A DNA stretch of 64,000 bases from Takakia lepidozioides (taxonomy: Eukaryota; Plantae; Bryophyta). Below the pieces are notes generated by a model. The model did not search any database, was not told the DNA's origin, and saw nothing but the letters and a program-made list of their open reading frames with translations. The stretch lies in NCBI GenBank assembly GCA_030704615.1, contig CM060731.1, positions 41,602,001 through 41,666,000 of the forward strand, given 5' to 3'. This document shows, piece after piece, positions 50,312-64,000 of this stretch. The translations under genes were made by a program, and so were the position numbers. Position 1 is the stretch's first letter; each line of letters starts with the position of its first letter.

Positions 50312-53300
50312 ATGGGGAGTCACAGTACGCAAGTACCCACAAGTTTCGGGCGGGAGCTTAGAGTGTGCTTGCGCTGCGCCCTCGTCAAAACCTACGATCA
50401 GGTCCATCTTGCTTTCCCTGCATGGACCACAGGTAAATTTAGGGGTTGAGAGACTATGAGAAGTGAATTGGTGTAGCGAAGGAGAGGGCAGGGAGGAGGG
50501 TAGAGTTGTAGCATTTGTCGTTGTTTTCTGGGAGGTGAGATTCATTCTAAGCAGGCACATCTGCTGCTCGAAGTGGGCAAGCTCTTATCAATTATGCGTA
50601 AATTCGAACTTGGAGCCAGCTATCAGAGCATCAAGTTAAAAGCTGGCGGTAGGGTATCTCGCAGGTGTTAACAGTTGGAAACTGGCAAAAGTTGAAATTT
50701 CCTCTTTTGAAGATTTCTGTCCATCTCGTTTAACAATTTCGTATCAAAGGGAGGTATGAAGGAGGTATGAAGTCTTTCGATACACAGTGTTGTCAGCTCC
50801 GAAAATCGGGCATGACCCTGCTCACACTGATGAAGGTCATTCTGGTGTGAACTGTGGCAGTTCAAAGACGTGGGATGTGAAAATTGCCCGTTCTTTAACA
50901 TGGATCACGACCACGATCGTGTACTGGAGTGCACAACACCGAACTTTGCAGGGTATGTTCAGCTTGGCGTTCATAGTCAGAATTTGGCATTGGAAGCTCT
51001 GAATGTCTTGGTTGCCTTCCACCATGATACTAGTTGAAATAGACATAGGGAGCGCGTGAGGGAGGGACTGGAGGATGAACCTCACAGTTTGCGCCTTTGT
51101 ACAGGGTTATATCATGTATGGATCCTGCAAGCAGCTGGGCAGCTCGGTGGCTAAGAATAAGTAAGACATACATTCAAGTTACTTGCATCGTTCAATCCTG
51201 TTGTGATCTGCTTATTCTCAGTATAATTTCATGATTACTTGTTCAGTAAAGGACAAGCGTGAGTGTACTCTGAGTTATGTAGGTCCATAATCTGGCAGGC
51301 AATTAGAAACTTTGGAGGCCACATGTTTCGCCATGTATGCTTGTACGTTGCATTTACTCATCAGAAGACATTCTTTAATTCTGCTGAAATTTTTCTTTGT
51401 ACTGGTGAATCTCAGACACTCCCTGTTTGTCTGTTACTGTGGTGTTTCTCTTTGTTGCCAAATTGCACACCACTTAGTCTGTTTCTAACCCATCACAGAG
51501 AGGGCCAGCATATTTGGGAAGATGGAAGAATCTGTTTCTGATTAGCAATGCTGTACGGGTTGTTTTAAAAGTATTGACAGGCTTTGATATCAACAATTCT
51601 GTGTGCTTCAGGCAAGTTCTTACCAGGCTGTTATGCTTTAACTGTAACTGGTGAGCTTTCTGAAGAGATGCAGGTATGTGCTCCATTCTCCACATTTCCC
51701 TGTTGGATTCTCTTAAGAAAGTGGTGTGGATTCCAGCTGTTCTTTTACTCACACCCCTACAAGACGTTGCACTGCCATTCAGGAGAAAAAATGTACTCAT
51801 AATAGCCTTGTGGCCATAGACCCAATGCTCAGTTTGGGCGGAACAAAAGGGAACAGATACTCACCTTGTGAGGGGGATCACTCTGGTAGTGGGGCTTACT
51901 GTGATACAATTTGCTCGGGCTTTCCAGATTTCCTCTAGAAAGCCATTCATACAAGCATCAATCTGCTGTGTGATGCCCAGCAGTCAGACTCCAACAGGTC
52001 AGGGCTCTCGAGATTTTAAGAGTTGGTGAACATAGAGCGACCCCCTTCAGGTACAGACAATGTACTCTGCTGTTCCCTGTGTACATTGGCTTGCCATAGC
52101 CTTACGGCCATTGACTCCGCGTGAAACTAACCCTCCCAGAGCCTTTTGTGGGGTTCGTACCCACCAGGGTTTAGCGGCTCAGCTACAGGTATAAACTTGT
52201 CTTTCCGCAACTGTCTAAAGGCACTCGCAGAGGCACACAAACTTGACAGCCTGGTTGCAGGGTTATTGATTTTAGCTTTACACCCCTGCATTTACACAGA
52301 AATGACATGCCTGGGGAGATTGTGGAGGCTTCTGCCCATCACTCTGGGTTGTGTGCAGGGCGAAGAGAGAGATAGAGAGAGAGAATGTACTCATAAGATG
52401 TTGTCAACCCTTCCTCAGCCAGGTGTGGGCTATCATCCCACTAGAGTACATGGGATTAACCTGAAGTTGCTATAGCCCTCATGGATAGCTGAAAATGAAG
52501 GTAATATTAATATCATTTAACTTGCTGGCATTGGCCTCATATAGAGAGTATGAGGTTGATTACACTACAGCTCCTATAGCATCTTAACTGGATATTGCTT
52601 GACGAAGGGCTGTATCAGTTGTTTTACTGCTGGTTACAGTCAGGAAAAGGGCAGAGAAAGAGAGGAATGAAATGAAATGCAATGGAACTTTGTAACGTCC
52701 ACAGAAGTTCAAAGAGAGAGAAAGTCTTACTTCACAGTTCCTTTCCAATGTTCGTGATCAGATCCTAACAGCTTCCTACAGTCCATCAAGCATTTGAGAA
52801 TAGCAGAAATGTGTATTACTCTCAAAACCATTCCTCACCAAGCATGAGGCAGCATGAAAGCCTTTCCTTTTAACAATCGGAGTATGTCTACCTCTAAAGC
52901 AAGTGAAGCCGCCTCACCTGGATCCATCACAGTCAACCAACAAACCAACAGGTTAGTGGCTTTAATGGCGTGACAGTTGTTATCCATGTCCACTTTAGCT
53001 AGGAGACATTCATGTGTTGTAAATCATAAGGTAAAGACAGCATACTAGTGGGTGGGAGGGTGGTAGTGATCTCTTGCAACAGTACATCAGCAGGCATTCC
53101 GCCCTGTGTTGCCATACTGAGCGGCACTTCAAAGTGTTTAAAAGGTGAGTACCTTACGTTCAGCCATAGTTCAGCAGTGAGGTGGCTGCTCCTTCAGCTT
53201 CTGCCTGCTCATCTTCCAAGTGAGAAGAGCAGCCAGGGTTTCTAGCTTTATAGGGCACCCTCTCTTCTGACCATGTAGGACGGCTGCTTTAGGTTAGGAC

Positions 53301-53785
53301 CTAGGGAGAACCCTAACACGTTGCCCACTATCCTGTTCTGTTCGCAACCAAATAATGGGATTAGGCAATTCTTGAGTGGTGTCACCAAAAACATAGCCAC
53401 CATCAAGATAGAAGCAAGAGTGAGAAAGAGAGAGGGAGCCTTTATAACATGCATTGGAACTTAAGAAAGCCTTTGGTCTAACAATAAACAGAAGGAACAG
53501 TAGACCTGGGCGCCAGCAGCTGCTCCCCAGTGCAACCATGATACTAGTATAACTTTGAGTTATTCAGATGGAGAGCCTCAGGAAGATACACCGCAAGCCA
53601 CCTGTGATCTTCGTAGGAGAGAATGTACTCATTAAGGCGTTGTTTGCCACGGCCACTTCATAGGAGGTAGACATGGTGTTTTAGCTGATAGGCTTTGGGC
53701 TCGGATGCCTGGATATGTGAGGAATTTGGGTGTTATGCAGGCTATCTGTGAGGACAACAAAGTGCGATATGTGCCCCGTTCATAG
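50312..53785 (+). CDS. SPT4: Transcription elongation factor SPT4
   Basis: Five exons: QVPTSFGRELRVCLRCALVKTYDQ|FKDVGCENCPFF...CTTPNFAG|VISCMDPASSWAARWLRI|KFLPGCYALTVTGELSEEMQ|AICEDNKVRYVPRS*. Confidence 0.95.
51792..51972 (-). mobile_element. Second copy of the ~200-bp SINE-like retroposon (SPT4 intron 4)
   Basis: Reverse complement of 1962-2160. Shorter related ends at ~52071, ~52385 (with a (TC)n tail) and ~53622. Confidence 0.7.
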
Positions 53786-56700
53786 CTTTTCCATACTGTT
53801 GGGCCCTGGCTGTTACAGCCAAATTCCTTCTGGTGCTCTTCAGCAAGGTGCAATTAAGAATAATGAAAGGCTATCAAACCCTAAGTCATGGGGTTGTTAG
53901 GTTGAAGTTCAATTTATCTGGGAAGGTATCTTCAAAGGATATATATCGCTAAGGACCCAAATTGGGTCACCTCATGTTAAGTTATTCTGTTAGAGTATGA
54001 ATGGGTTAAATAAAACTGATTGAACTGCCCAACTGTTCTCAGCACACAACAATCCAATGTAGCGAATTCTACTTGTGAACATACAGCTGTGTAGCTCAAA
54101 TTTGATATAATGGTACGTTTTGTAACTGACATGTTCAAAATCTCTTTTCATTAAAAAGGGGTGAGATGAGAGAGATGAAGTTGGAGCTTTCTACGATTGT
54201 GCAATACTCCTAGTTACTGTGAACAGGAACGTACTTGATTGCGGACGGGTTTGACTGTTGGAAGTTGTTTCACGGATGACCAGTGCCATAAGATGTGTTA
54301 GCTAGAATAAGCTTCTATGTATGCCAAGCAATCCCATATTGTGCATCAGAGGATTTCCTTGCATCAGTGTGGGCTCTTTTCAGCACCAAACTTGTGCCCA
54401 CTTTGTGGCCCCAAAAGGTTGTGTCCAATGTCCAAGATTAGCATGAAATAACTGTTTCCTATGGGATGGGATGGTTCTCACCTGCCACTCAGTATAGGCA
54501 GTGGGATTGCTTGGGTGTGGGTGTTAAATGTATCAAGTGTGCGCCTGTGATGACCTTCAATCAGCTTCAGGTCTATTCGTATTAGCTGCCCACTTGTATA
54601 CTCCATTACCATTGAAGTAGGCATCAGAATGTGTGAAAGTTGTGCAAATGGCATAGCACTAGACTCACCTGAGGCTGCCCAAATATTTGTTGGGCTTCAA
54701 TCCTGGACAGGAACCAGAAGTTCAGCACGGGAAATGCAGTGGCTCTTCATGTGAATTTGTAGTCATTGCTTTCAAGAGAACCAGATAAAGGTGCGCAATA
54801 TTCTACATATTAGGAGGAAGGTGGCACAAGGAAGCAGAATCTTCACCTGTTCTGCAAGCCACTTTGAATGGCAGAACACACTAAGAACTCCATGAACTGG
54901 CAGCAAGCTGGGATGTCAATGGAGATTAGATGAGTGCTTTGTGGCTGCCCAGTTTTGAAGAACATCTGAGCATGGGTCCCTGTATATTTAGCTCAATAGT
55001 CTTGAACAACTAACTTTGTGTGGTCACCACCTCTGGCAGAGTCAAACTGTATATTGAAGACTAATCTGCACCAGAAGGTCTCGACTCCCTTGACTGCAGT
55101 GGAGTAGGAGGAGACCTAACAGAGAATGGTCGACATAAAGAAAGGACTGAAGAAAAGTGTAAAGAACAACTGTATTTTACTCTTGCCCATTCTGGATTAG
55201 GTGACTCTCTCAAATTGTTTGAGGACTCGGAAGAAAGAGGCAAAAAAAGATGACGACCAGGATACGATGGATGACAGTTTCTGAGGAAGCTCCCTGCAGT
55301 CTGATCACCATGTTGTGTTAGATGGACCAAGGAGGATACGGAGGAGAAAGCGCATGTGCGATCATGGGCGGACAGGCAGGGAGGGATCGCTTGGGCGCGA
55401 TCTCAGGACCCAAATAGGTGATTCTGTGCTGCATATACCTAACCACACACTGCAGGCAGTACTGTAGTGGATGAGAGAGAGATGCCCCAGCCTGCCGTGA
55501 GCACGTGCATTGCATTAGGTCCTCTCTGGGACCACCTCACTTTTGTCTCTTGGAATTTGAGGCCCAGATCTCGGAGAGAGTGCCTCTTTGCCTAACCTGG
55601 TTGGCTCATGCAAATCACATCTGTGGGGATTCTGTCATTCACTAACCAGAGTTGACTTGACCGCAACGCCTCAGAGAATTGTGTCCGAGTATAGTAGTTT
55701 GTGCTTCCGTAGTTTCACAGTTTCATAGACAATTCTCATGATCCGGCATCAGGCACTGCCATCAAGAGCTGCTCGCATGCCACAGCTACAGGTCTTATAA
55801 AGTAAGTTAGTTGACATGGGCTAGAAATTTGTAACAGACAAATCCTGGGATATGATCCCACTGCCACGTTGAGCGGCCAATGGGCGCGAGCCCTTTGCGT
55901 TCCGTAAGAAAGAGGATTAGGACACTGGAATTGGATACCAATTTTGGCGCTGAAAAGAGCCCGGGGTTCTAGAGATGGAATTTGGGTCCGTGGAGGGAGA
56001 GCATCTCGTGCTGTTCCAAACTGAGCTGCCTCGACAGCAGCGCTGCTTGCTTTGATGGCAAGTTGCAGCAATGGAGCATTGATGACAAGCCGCCAACAAA
56101 CATTGATGACTAGTTGACAGAAAGTGAGCTTCCAAACTGCAAAAGTGACATGTGCATTGAGGATGACGGTGCTCAGTTGAGGTGCCACGTGAAATAAAGC
56201 GCTTACAAGTGAACTTGTGAGTCACTCCGTAGTCAGGAGGGGCACCACACTGGAGGAGGAGGAGGAAGAAGATGGCCTCCTCTCCTCTCCTCTCCTCTTC
56301 TAAGTTGCAACTCCATCTCACAACACACTAAGAGTTCTTGAAAATATTCTAGAGTAAAATGGAAGAAAAGCTTTTAAAACCACATATGTGTGTTTGATGT
56401 CACAAAGGTCCACCCGGAAGGGAAGGCAGGAGCCCTTTGGGGTCAAGTGATACCATAGACTAGGCTTGCTTCCGCAAGCTTCCACATTTATTTTCTATAG
56501 CCGATCAAAAACTGGCAAGTGCGGGCATACACCTACTATTATGGTGGATTGGGAAGCAGCTCGCCCTCCAGGGCACCCACCATTCCAAGGTACATTTGGA
56601 GGATGTCATCTTGTGGGTTGTTGATTTCGCAATAACCTACCCATACTGTAGATCTGGAAAGAGCCACTGTTGCAACATCTACTTGTGATTGTGAATCTAT

Positions 56701-58689
56701 CTTGCAGCGTGGTCTGTTGCTAATCGAGACTGAGGCGTCCGCAGGGACGACCAAATTTTCTTGTCATCCAATCTAAGCAGTCACGACCAACAATCTTTTG
56801 GTCAGAGGTTCTTCAACAAAAAGGAGCGACACTAAATATCTTTCCATCTGTCATCAATTTTTTAATGGCTCTCCCACTGACTCTCATTTTTTAAGCTCTG
56901 ATTTTTGCTGTTGTGTTGATGTTTAGGTCATGTGCGAGCTGAAACAATTTTTTCCTGAAGATCTCCCTCCCTCCGATTCTGTGTAACGTTGAGACTTGAG
57001 ACTGTCGGATGCGGAGGATCGGATATCGGATGCACGCAGTAATGGTTGACTGGGGATATTCTAATGGAAGTTTTTCTTTGAAATTTCTTCGCATTTTGGT
57101 GACACTGTATCGTATTGCCCATACTGATTTGTCAAGGTAGGAAGATCTGGCATGTCTGCATGGTCGGCACTGCAATCGCGTGTTCACACACCGTCCAAGT
57201 CTCCCCTTTGTGATCTGTAGTATAATACTCAACAATTGCAGACCTCTCTTTGAGATGGGCTGCCGGGATTCAATTGGAGTAGGTAGGTACTGGGAAGAAT
57301 GGCAAGCTTGCAGATTGTCCAATATGGGAAGGCAGCTTTTAGAAGAGAGGGAGACTCTAGATAGTGAGAGATGGTAGAACGGCAGGAGTGATTGGAAAGA
57401 GAGAGAGAGAGAGTACAGACACACGTGATGGAGTCTGGGCGGCCAGCGCATGGGAGGCGCCTGTACAGGTGCGAAGGACACAGGGCCGGGTGTCACTGGG
57501 CCGGAAGCAAGGCCACCGGCCACGCGCCGTGCTCTATCGTCCTTGTGTACACCGTGCGGAAGGCTGCGGCTGCACACTCAGCGTTGATTTAGACTCAACC
57601 TGCTTGCTGCAAGGCGATGGGATGGAAGCCCAGTTTGCTGAGCCCATCGTCTTCAACTTTTGGTTGCAGAGCATTCATAACGTGAGGTACATAACTTACA
57701 CCCCTCGATAGTGAGTTCACTGCAAAACATTGAGCTGCTGCCTCCTGCGCTGCGGGAGGTACTACTCCTCAAGCTGCCTGACGCACATTTTGAGAACATT
57801 GTTGCTCAATCATGTTGGGGGGCTTGCTGGGCGAGGGTGCGGTAGAGCTTGATCCAAGTTTCCACTCAAGTGGACATTGCCTCTCTCTCGATTGAGCGCT
57901 GCTCACTCGAGCGTACAAAGTTTGGACGTTACAAAGTCTAGCTAAGTTATGCATCCCCCTGCAAGTACTCCCAGGTTACGGCAGACATTCTTTTCAATGC
58001 AGAGAGAATGCTGAGCATCCATTCACTGGGTACCTCTCAACTGTAAGTATTCACTGTTGGTACGTATGGCCGGCCTTGGGTACACGGCCAATATTGCAGA
58101 TCAGGAGGTGTTCCATGACAGTATCATAATCTTAATCCTCAGAGCTCTCCTGTATTTCCTACCTTTGAACTTTCCCTCGCACTGCACTGTGAGTATAGAG
58201 CTCTAGCCAATCATGGGTAGTATAGTCCTCCTTCCAAATGACAAGTCAGTCGATTCACCACAGAATACTTCAACTTGAAGCCTTGAAGCTTCAAGCATAC
58301 TCATTACAAACTTCAGAAGAAGAAGTTTGATCCTGAAGGCCGTCAAGACGATGGTGGCAGGTTGGCACGCGTAGGGTCACGGGAGGGGAATGCCAGCAGG
58401 AGTGCAGTCGTACCATGGCGGCCCCCCCCCCCCTCTCTGCAGCTCTGCACGCCCTGCAGCAACCGTCCAGCAGACACAGCATGGCCATAAGGCCCACAGA
58501 GCTGCGCTGGAGCCCATCTCCTCCAAGTCTGTCAGACCCTCCCTCCCACTTTCAAACTCTTTTGCAACTCTGTTTGCCTCTTCACCACCTCGCTAACCTC
58601 ATCATCTTGCATGCCTCATATCACATCCCACCCCCTCCTCATCCCTTTTTGCAGCTATGGCGGTGCTGCAGATAGGCTCCCAGTTTAAT

Positions 58690-59821
58690 TTAAACTGTTT
58701 TTACAGAAGAAAAATATGTGGGTTCCGTTTAGTTTATTGTATCCAAACAACCAACATGTAGCCCAGTGGTAAGGACATATACCCTCTTACGAGTCGGTGT
58801 GGGTTCAAACCACCATGTTGGTTGTTACAAGGGTGTCCACCTTTCTATCGGAAGGCAGAAGGGCGTTACGCTTGCTTCGGCAACGAGTTCACCTTTTTTT
58901 ATTGTATCCATCAAGGGGTTTTTTTTATTTTTTTATTTTAAATTTAGAGAAGAGGAACAGTAGCCTCAGAAAATTTATAGATTCATGGGTTGGTGTGCAC
59001 CTATTGATGAGTCCGGACATAAAACCAAACCATTTTCGGCAGAATGTATTGCTAAAAATCACAGCACGGAGAGCGCAAAACAACAAGCGCCAATTCAACC
59101 ACACAATAACACGGCATGAGATCAGATTGCTGGCTCTGCAGCCCACCCGCAACGCGACGCAGGAGCTTATTTCTTACTTCAAACTGTTTTGTAAAACAAT
59201 TTTTATGTGGGTTAGGTTTATTTGATCTATGCATCATGGTTTGGTGTGCACCTATTGACCATGATGAGTCCGGACATAAAACCTAACCATTTTCGACATA
59301 ATGTTTTGTTAAAAAAACATGGAGCGAGTAGGGCTGAAAACAAAAGAACCACACAATAACACGGCATAAGATCATATTCTTGTTTGCTGGCTCCACAGAC
59401 CACCCGCGAAGACGCAAGTGCAAACATGGAGCTTACTTCTTTTTTCAAAGTGTTTTTATATAACCATTTTTATGTTGGGTGGGTTTATTTAATCTGGTTC
59501 GGTGTGCACCTATTGACCATGATGAGTCAGGACCTAAAACCCAACCATTTTCAACACATAAAAAATGCGGAGCGTGTAGGGCCCAAAACCCATTGGGCCA
59601 CATTCTTGTTTACTGGCCCTCAAACCCCCACCATAAAAACCAAACCATTTTTGACATAATGTATCGATAAACAGACAACCAGCATGTAGCCGAGTGGTAA
59701 TGGGCACATTACCACGTTGGATGTGGTTGTGGGTTCAAACCACCGTCTGTGTCATGAAAGGTGTCCTAGTAGCCCTTCGGGGTCAAGTGACACCATAAGT
59801 TCGGCTCCCTTCCAGAGGCGC

Positions 59822-59856
<35 letters not shown>

Positions 59857-60420
59857 CGATAAACAACATGGGGGAATGTATGGCCCAAAACAACACGCGC
59901 CCATTCACCCACACAACAACATGGCACAAGATCAGATTCTTGTTTGCTGGCTCTGCGAACCCCACCAATGAAACCGAACCATTTTTGACATAGTGTATTG
60001 CTAAAAAACACGGAGAGTGTACGGCGCAAAACAACACGCGCCCATTCACCAACACAAGAACATGGCATAAGATCATATTCTTGTTTGCTGGCTCTGCAAC
60101 CGTGGCCTTCCTTCGCACTTTCCTACATTGAAAATGAAATTTAGTTATGCTTTTCATGGTTCAACAACTTGGTTGGGTTTAATTTAATTGATTTATCATG
60201 GGTTTGTGTGCACCCGGCCGACATAAAACCATAGAACCGAACTATTTCAACATAATGTATTGCTAAGAAACACGGACACGTACGGGGCAAGACAACACGC
60301 GCCCATTCACCCACACATAACATGGCATAAGATCAGATTCTTGTTTGCTGGCTCAACCCACCCGTGACGCGGCCTTCTTTCGCACTTTCCTCCACCGAAC
60401 CGAATATGAAATTCAGTTAT
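58690..60420. repeat. Degenerate ~200-270-bp tandem repeats with two tRNA-like A/B-box segments; probable non-autonomous transposon
   Basis: Recurring ggtgtgcacctattga...ccggacataaaacc, cacaataacacggcataagatca..ttcttgtttgctggctc. TAGCCCAGTGG..GGTTCAAACC at ~58759-58811 and TAGCCGAGTGG..GGTTCAAACC at ~59687-59741. Confidence 0.7.
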
Positions 60421-63023
60421 GCTTCATTGTCGAACATCTTGGTTCGGCCCCGCAATTCCGTACCAAAGTCAGCCATGTAATGACTGGCCGAACCCGCCCC
60501 CACACTCCACTGTATGGATAAGTTGCAAAGGGCCACCGGCCTACTAAGTGGACAGTATCCATCCCGTCCGGCTTGCCGGACGGCATAGCCTACTGTATAT
60601 GTATATGACGCCTCCCGAAGGAAAGGATAGGCTAGTGTAAAGTATACCCTCTGGACAGTTAGTTGTCTGAAAAACAAGCCCGGGTGATTGGGTAACGGAG
60701 AACGGACGAAACGGTTGGAATGGAACGGAAGTTAACAGATTTCAGTGGGACGGACGGCGACGGACGGCGTCAGGGCGCGTGGGCCCGCCCCGGCCGCGCT
60801 ACAGGGCGCGGGCCGTGCGATTCGCGATCACGGGCGCCGCGCCCGGGGGGCCCCGCCCGGTCTCGGTCTCTCGCACCTCTCTGTCTCGGGTATTGCAGGC
60901 TTGGTCTGTGCAGGCAGCGAAGTGTGGTTGGGGGGTGTTGGGGGGTGTTTTGGGGGTTGCTCAAAACATCGAAGGAGAAGGTGGATGATGGGTGGCAGAG
61001 CGAAGCAGAGCATGTTGGGACTGTCCACAACTTGAGCCCCACGAGTTTGCTGATCTGCTTTCCAGCTTGTATTATTGTATATAGGCGTTGTTGCCAGGTG
61101 CAGAGCACTGAAGGTTTTCCATGGATGCTTGCTGACGAGTCCCCCTCCCTCTGGCCACCGAGGTTTCAGTGCGGCGGGTGGTGGGCCGTGGCGCCCGGAT
61201 CGTGACTGTGATCTTGTTTCTGGTGATGTAAACATGCCACTGGGATGATCCTTATTGAGTAGCTGGGTTGCTCGAATCCCCAATGCTTTAATTACTATAA
61301 GATATGGAAGCATGCAGACGAAATGCTGACGCTCCAAGGTGTTGCATATCGGTAGCTCTACGGTGACAATCTGCGGTAAACGCAGTTATGCACCACCCTT
61401 GTACGTAGGTATTGTTGGTACAAGGAGTGAACTGCGAGACGCTCAACTGCAGTACCTTGGGAGGCATTTAAGAGTTTATTGTTAGGTACCTATCCGGGAG
61501 ATCTTTTAAACTTACACGCCCGCTTCTGAGCTGTGTGCAAAGATCCTCCCTCCCTGGATCACGAGGTTCGAATCTTCCACCGTTTTCCACGTATCTGTAC
61601 CACAGCCATGGCAAGATTTTTGTCAAACTTAATTTCTGCTGGCACTGATCCGAGTTGATCAGTAACTTATTACTGAGTTACTGTGTTGTGTGATACACCT
61701 TCAGAGGCTAGCATGCTAGATCCAACCTGCTCTGAAATATGTTGGCAGAGCGTGTGGTTAGTGGGGGCAGGCTGCCCAATCAGTTTGGGGGTGGGCGGGT
61801 GGGAGTGGCAGGGGACAAAAAGCAGCTCTCCACTTTACACCTGGGTTGAGGCAACTGGTAGTATGCTCGCCACTCTGCCTCAACGTTCAAGTGCTTCTTT
61901 TTCCCCGGGCAAAAAATGAGTCTGTTTCTTCCAGATTCTGTTGAGCCGAGCGAGCGTTAATCTCGCATGCACAGCATGTAGCTCGGTTACGGTAGTACAG
62001 ATTCTGGAAGAAAAACAAATTCCAGTACTGGTACACAAATGATGGCCACTCATAAAGTGGCCGCGTGCAAGTCCCTCATCAGTAGGCTATGCAATCCCGA
62101 CCGAAAAGCAACAAAGAGATGGCGTACGACCCCCCATGACGGTTACGCTGCCTTTAATGCCATCCCTTGCCTCCTACTTTTGGGCCTTTTCTCATTCAAT
62201 GCTCTCACACGCCTCGCCACTGGCGACATACCAGACCTCCAGTCCTTTTGCCCTTAATGCACCGCTGCGACCTCACAGTCTCCCACTGCGCGCAATGTAC
62301 TGGGCAATGTTGATCAGACTTCAGACTATCTTCACAGTTCCCATAATACAACAGAATAGTGTATGCCCTTCTGCACGTGGAGCTATGATTCTGTTGTTGC
62401 CAGCTCTTCCCACGCACACAATTCTCTTGCAATTCTGTATGCTTTCCCAAAAGCATTTCTGGATGGAATTCACCCCACAGTATCAGAACAAAAACTTGTG
62501 GGGCTAACTTTGCCAGTACCATGCTGGAGCTGATGGGCATTTACATACGTATAGATCTAGTGTTTTCGTATTGTTTGTGTACAAAGCAAGTCAAGGAAGA
62601 GAGAGAGAGAGAGTTTACAGTTGCAAGTATAATAATAGCTAGGCAGGCTCTGATCCTTTCCCTTATAAAAACAAAGAACCCACCTACAAAAGAGAGAAAA
62701 GGAAAGCGCTGAGGGACTGACAGTTATGGCTGCCTGCACAGAAACGGTTTCTCTTTATTGGGACTCCGTCAGAAGTTGCTCCTTTTGGTGTGCAGCTGCC
62801 AAGTTTAGTGCCATTTGGACCAAGTTATGAGTTAGTTTACTAAATGGGATGCTCTTTGGTGCAGAAGGGCCTCTGTCCCCTTTTACTCAAAAAAAAAAAA
62901 AAAAAACGGCTGGGCACTGGCAAGATCTTCAGATGTATGTCCAACTAACTTATGGGTATGCCTCTAATACGTCCCCCCCCCCCCCCCCCTCCAAAACAAT
63001 GGATGGTAGTGATGTGGGTAGCG

Positions 63024-63503
63024 AATCACAAATTGATGGAAATTTAGAGATTTAGGGTTTGTGTGGAGAATGCTTGGTAGGGATGTTTGATAGCAAACAG
63101 TATGGAAAAACTAAATAGAATCACAAATGGATGGAAATCTAGAGATTTAGGGTTTGTTTGGAGAATGCTTGGTAGGGATGTTTGATAGCAAACAGTATGG
63201 AAAAACTAAATAGAATCACAAATGGATGGAAATCTAGAGATTTAGGGTTTGTGTGGAGAATGCTTGGTATGGATGTTTGAGAGCAATATGGATGTTTTGA
63301 TAGCAAACAGTATGAAAAACTAAATAGAATCACAAATTGATGGAAATTTACAGATTTAGGGTTTGTGTGAGAATGCTTGGTATGGATGTTTGATAGCAAA
63401 CAGTATGAAAAAATGAAATAGAATCACAAATTGCTGGAAATTTACAGATTTAGGGTTTGTGTGGAGAATGGATGTTTGATAGCAAACAGTATGAAAAAAC
63501 TAA
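63024..63503. repeat. ~94-bp tandem repeat, 5 copies
   Basis: Unit gaatcacaaat(t/g)gatggaaat(t/c)tagagatttagggtttgtgtggagaatgcttggt...gatagcaaacagtatg..aaaactaaata. Confidence 0.9.
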
Positions 63504-64000
63504 GTACTGGGACTCCATCTTTAAGGAGGGGCTCACTAGGGAATACCAAGACCAACGCTGCACCCTAGGGATCAATATACACTGAGTTCCAATGCGGTCC
63601 AAAGATCGATATGCGACAAGCGCCATGAAAAGAATAGCGGGGTGTGAACCGGTGCATGTAGAGCTTCTGTGCTTAGGGGGCTTAGGGGGCACTGTCATGC
63701 GCACAGAAAGCTTCTCCCCGGATCAAATCCACATGGGGGGCGCATAAGTTGGTGTTTACATTGTGAGGTCCACCCGACCGCAAATCCGCAAATCCGGAGG
63801 CTTTGCCAGCTAAGTTTATCTTATCTCCATCGGCCAAACCGCAGCGACCAATTCGTCCCTATAACACTTGAAGCGGTGGGTTGTAGGTAGCCTGAAACAC
63901 CCACCGAAGAATGCTAGAGCTGCTACCTTCAAGTCATGTTTGTCACGGAAGCTTGTGACGAAACTTCCACTTATTCCACCGTCTCTATTTCCTTGACCTC

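Noticed and set aside
56500-58300. Possible decayed transposase (Cys-cluster) or glycosyltransferase fragments
   Set aside because: No motif recognisable with confidence; needs a profile search.
58755-59745. Functional tRNA genes
   Set aside because: Only A/B-box-like motifs; no convincing acceptor or anticodon stems.

Overview
Eukaryotic land-plant genomic DNA. The short GT-AG introns and the style of the PLS-class PPR repeats suggest a seed-free plant (bryophyte, lycophyte or fern); this is an inference. The left half (1-34 kb) is a nest of mobile elements and pseudogenes. A decayed CACTA (En/Spm) Tnp2 gene is split at 4345-17952 by a 13.6-kb Mutator-like element with imperfect TIRs and an 8-bp TSD. 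That element carries a GCM-like/DDE/SWIM transposase on + and, divergently on -, a large intron-containing gene with a ParB/Srx-like domain (DGNHR) and a prokaryote-style beta-class amino (N6A/N4C) DNA methyltransferase domain. This cargo gene is bracketed by two arrays of a 22-bp palindrome (GGAAATGCGGCGCCGCATTTCC), partly at a regular 52-bp period, and single copies sit in its predicted introns. A second diverged MTase copy (25.3-27.1 kb) is broken by a solo LTR. A Crypton-like (DUF3504-type) tyrosine recombinase with an upstream hairpin lies at 30.1-33.3 kb. Also present are pseudogene fragments of ARF, KIN12/POK, PPR and LRR-RLK genes. The right half holds ordinary genes (plastid RPL34, PIG-P, a GTE1/6-like BET protein, a small conserved membrane protein, SPT4), SINE-like elements and tandem repeats. 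The best candidate for an undescribed system is the MULE-borne ParB-MTase plus palindrome-array module. The copy here is frameshifted. All domain calls come from motif recognition by eye, not from database searches.
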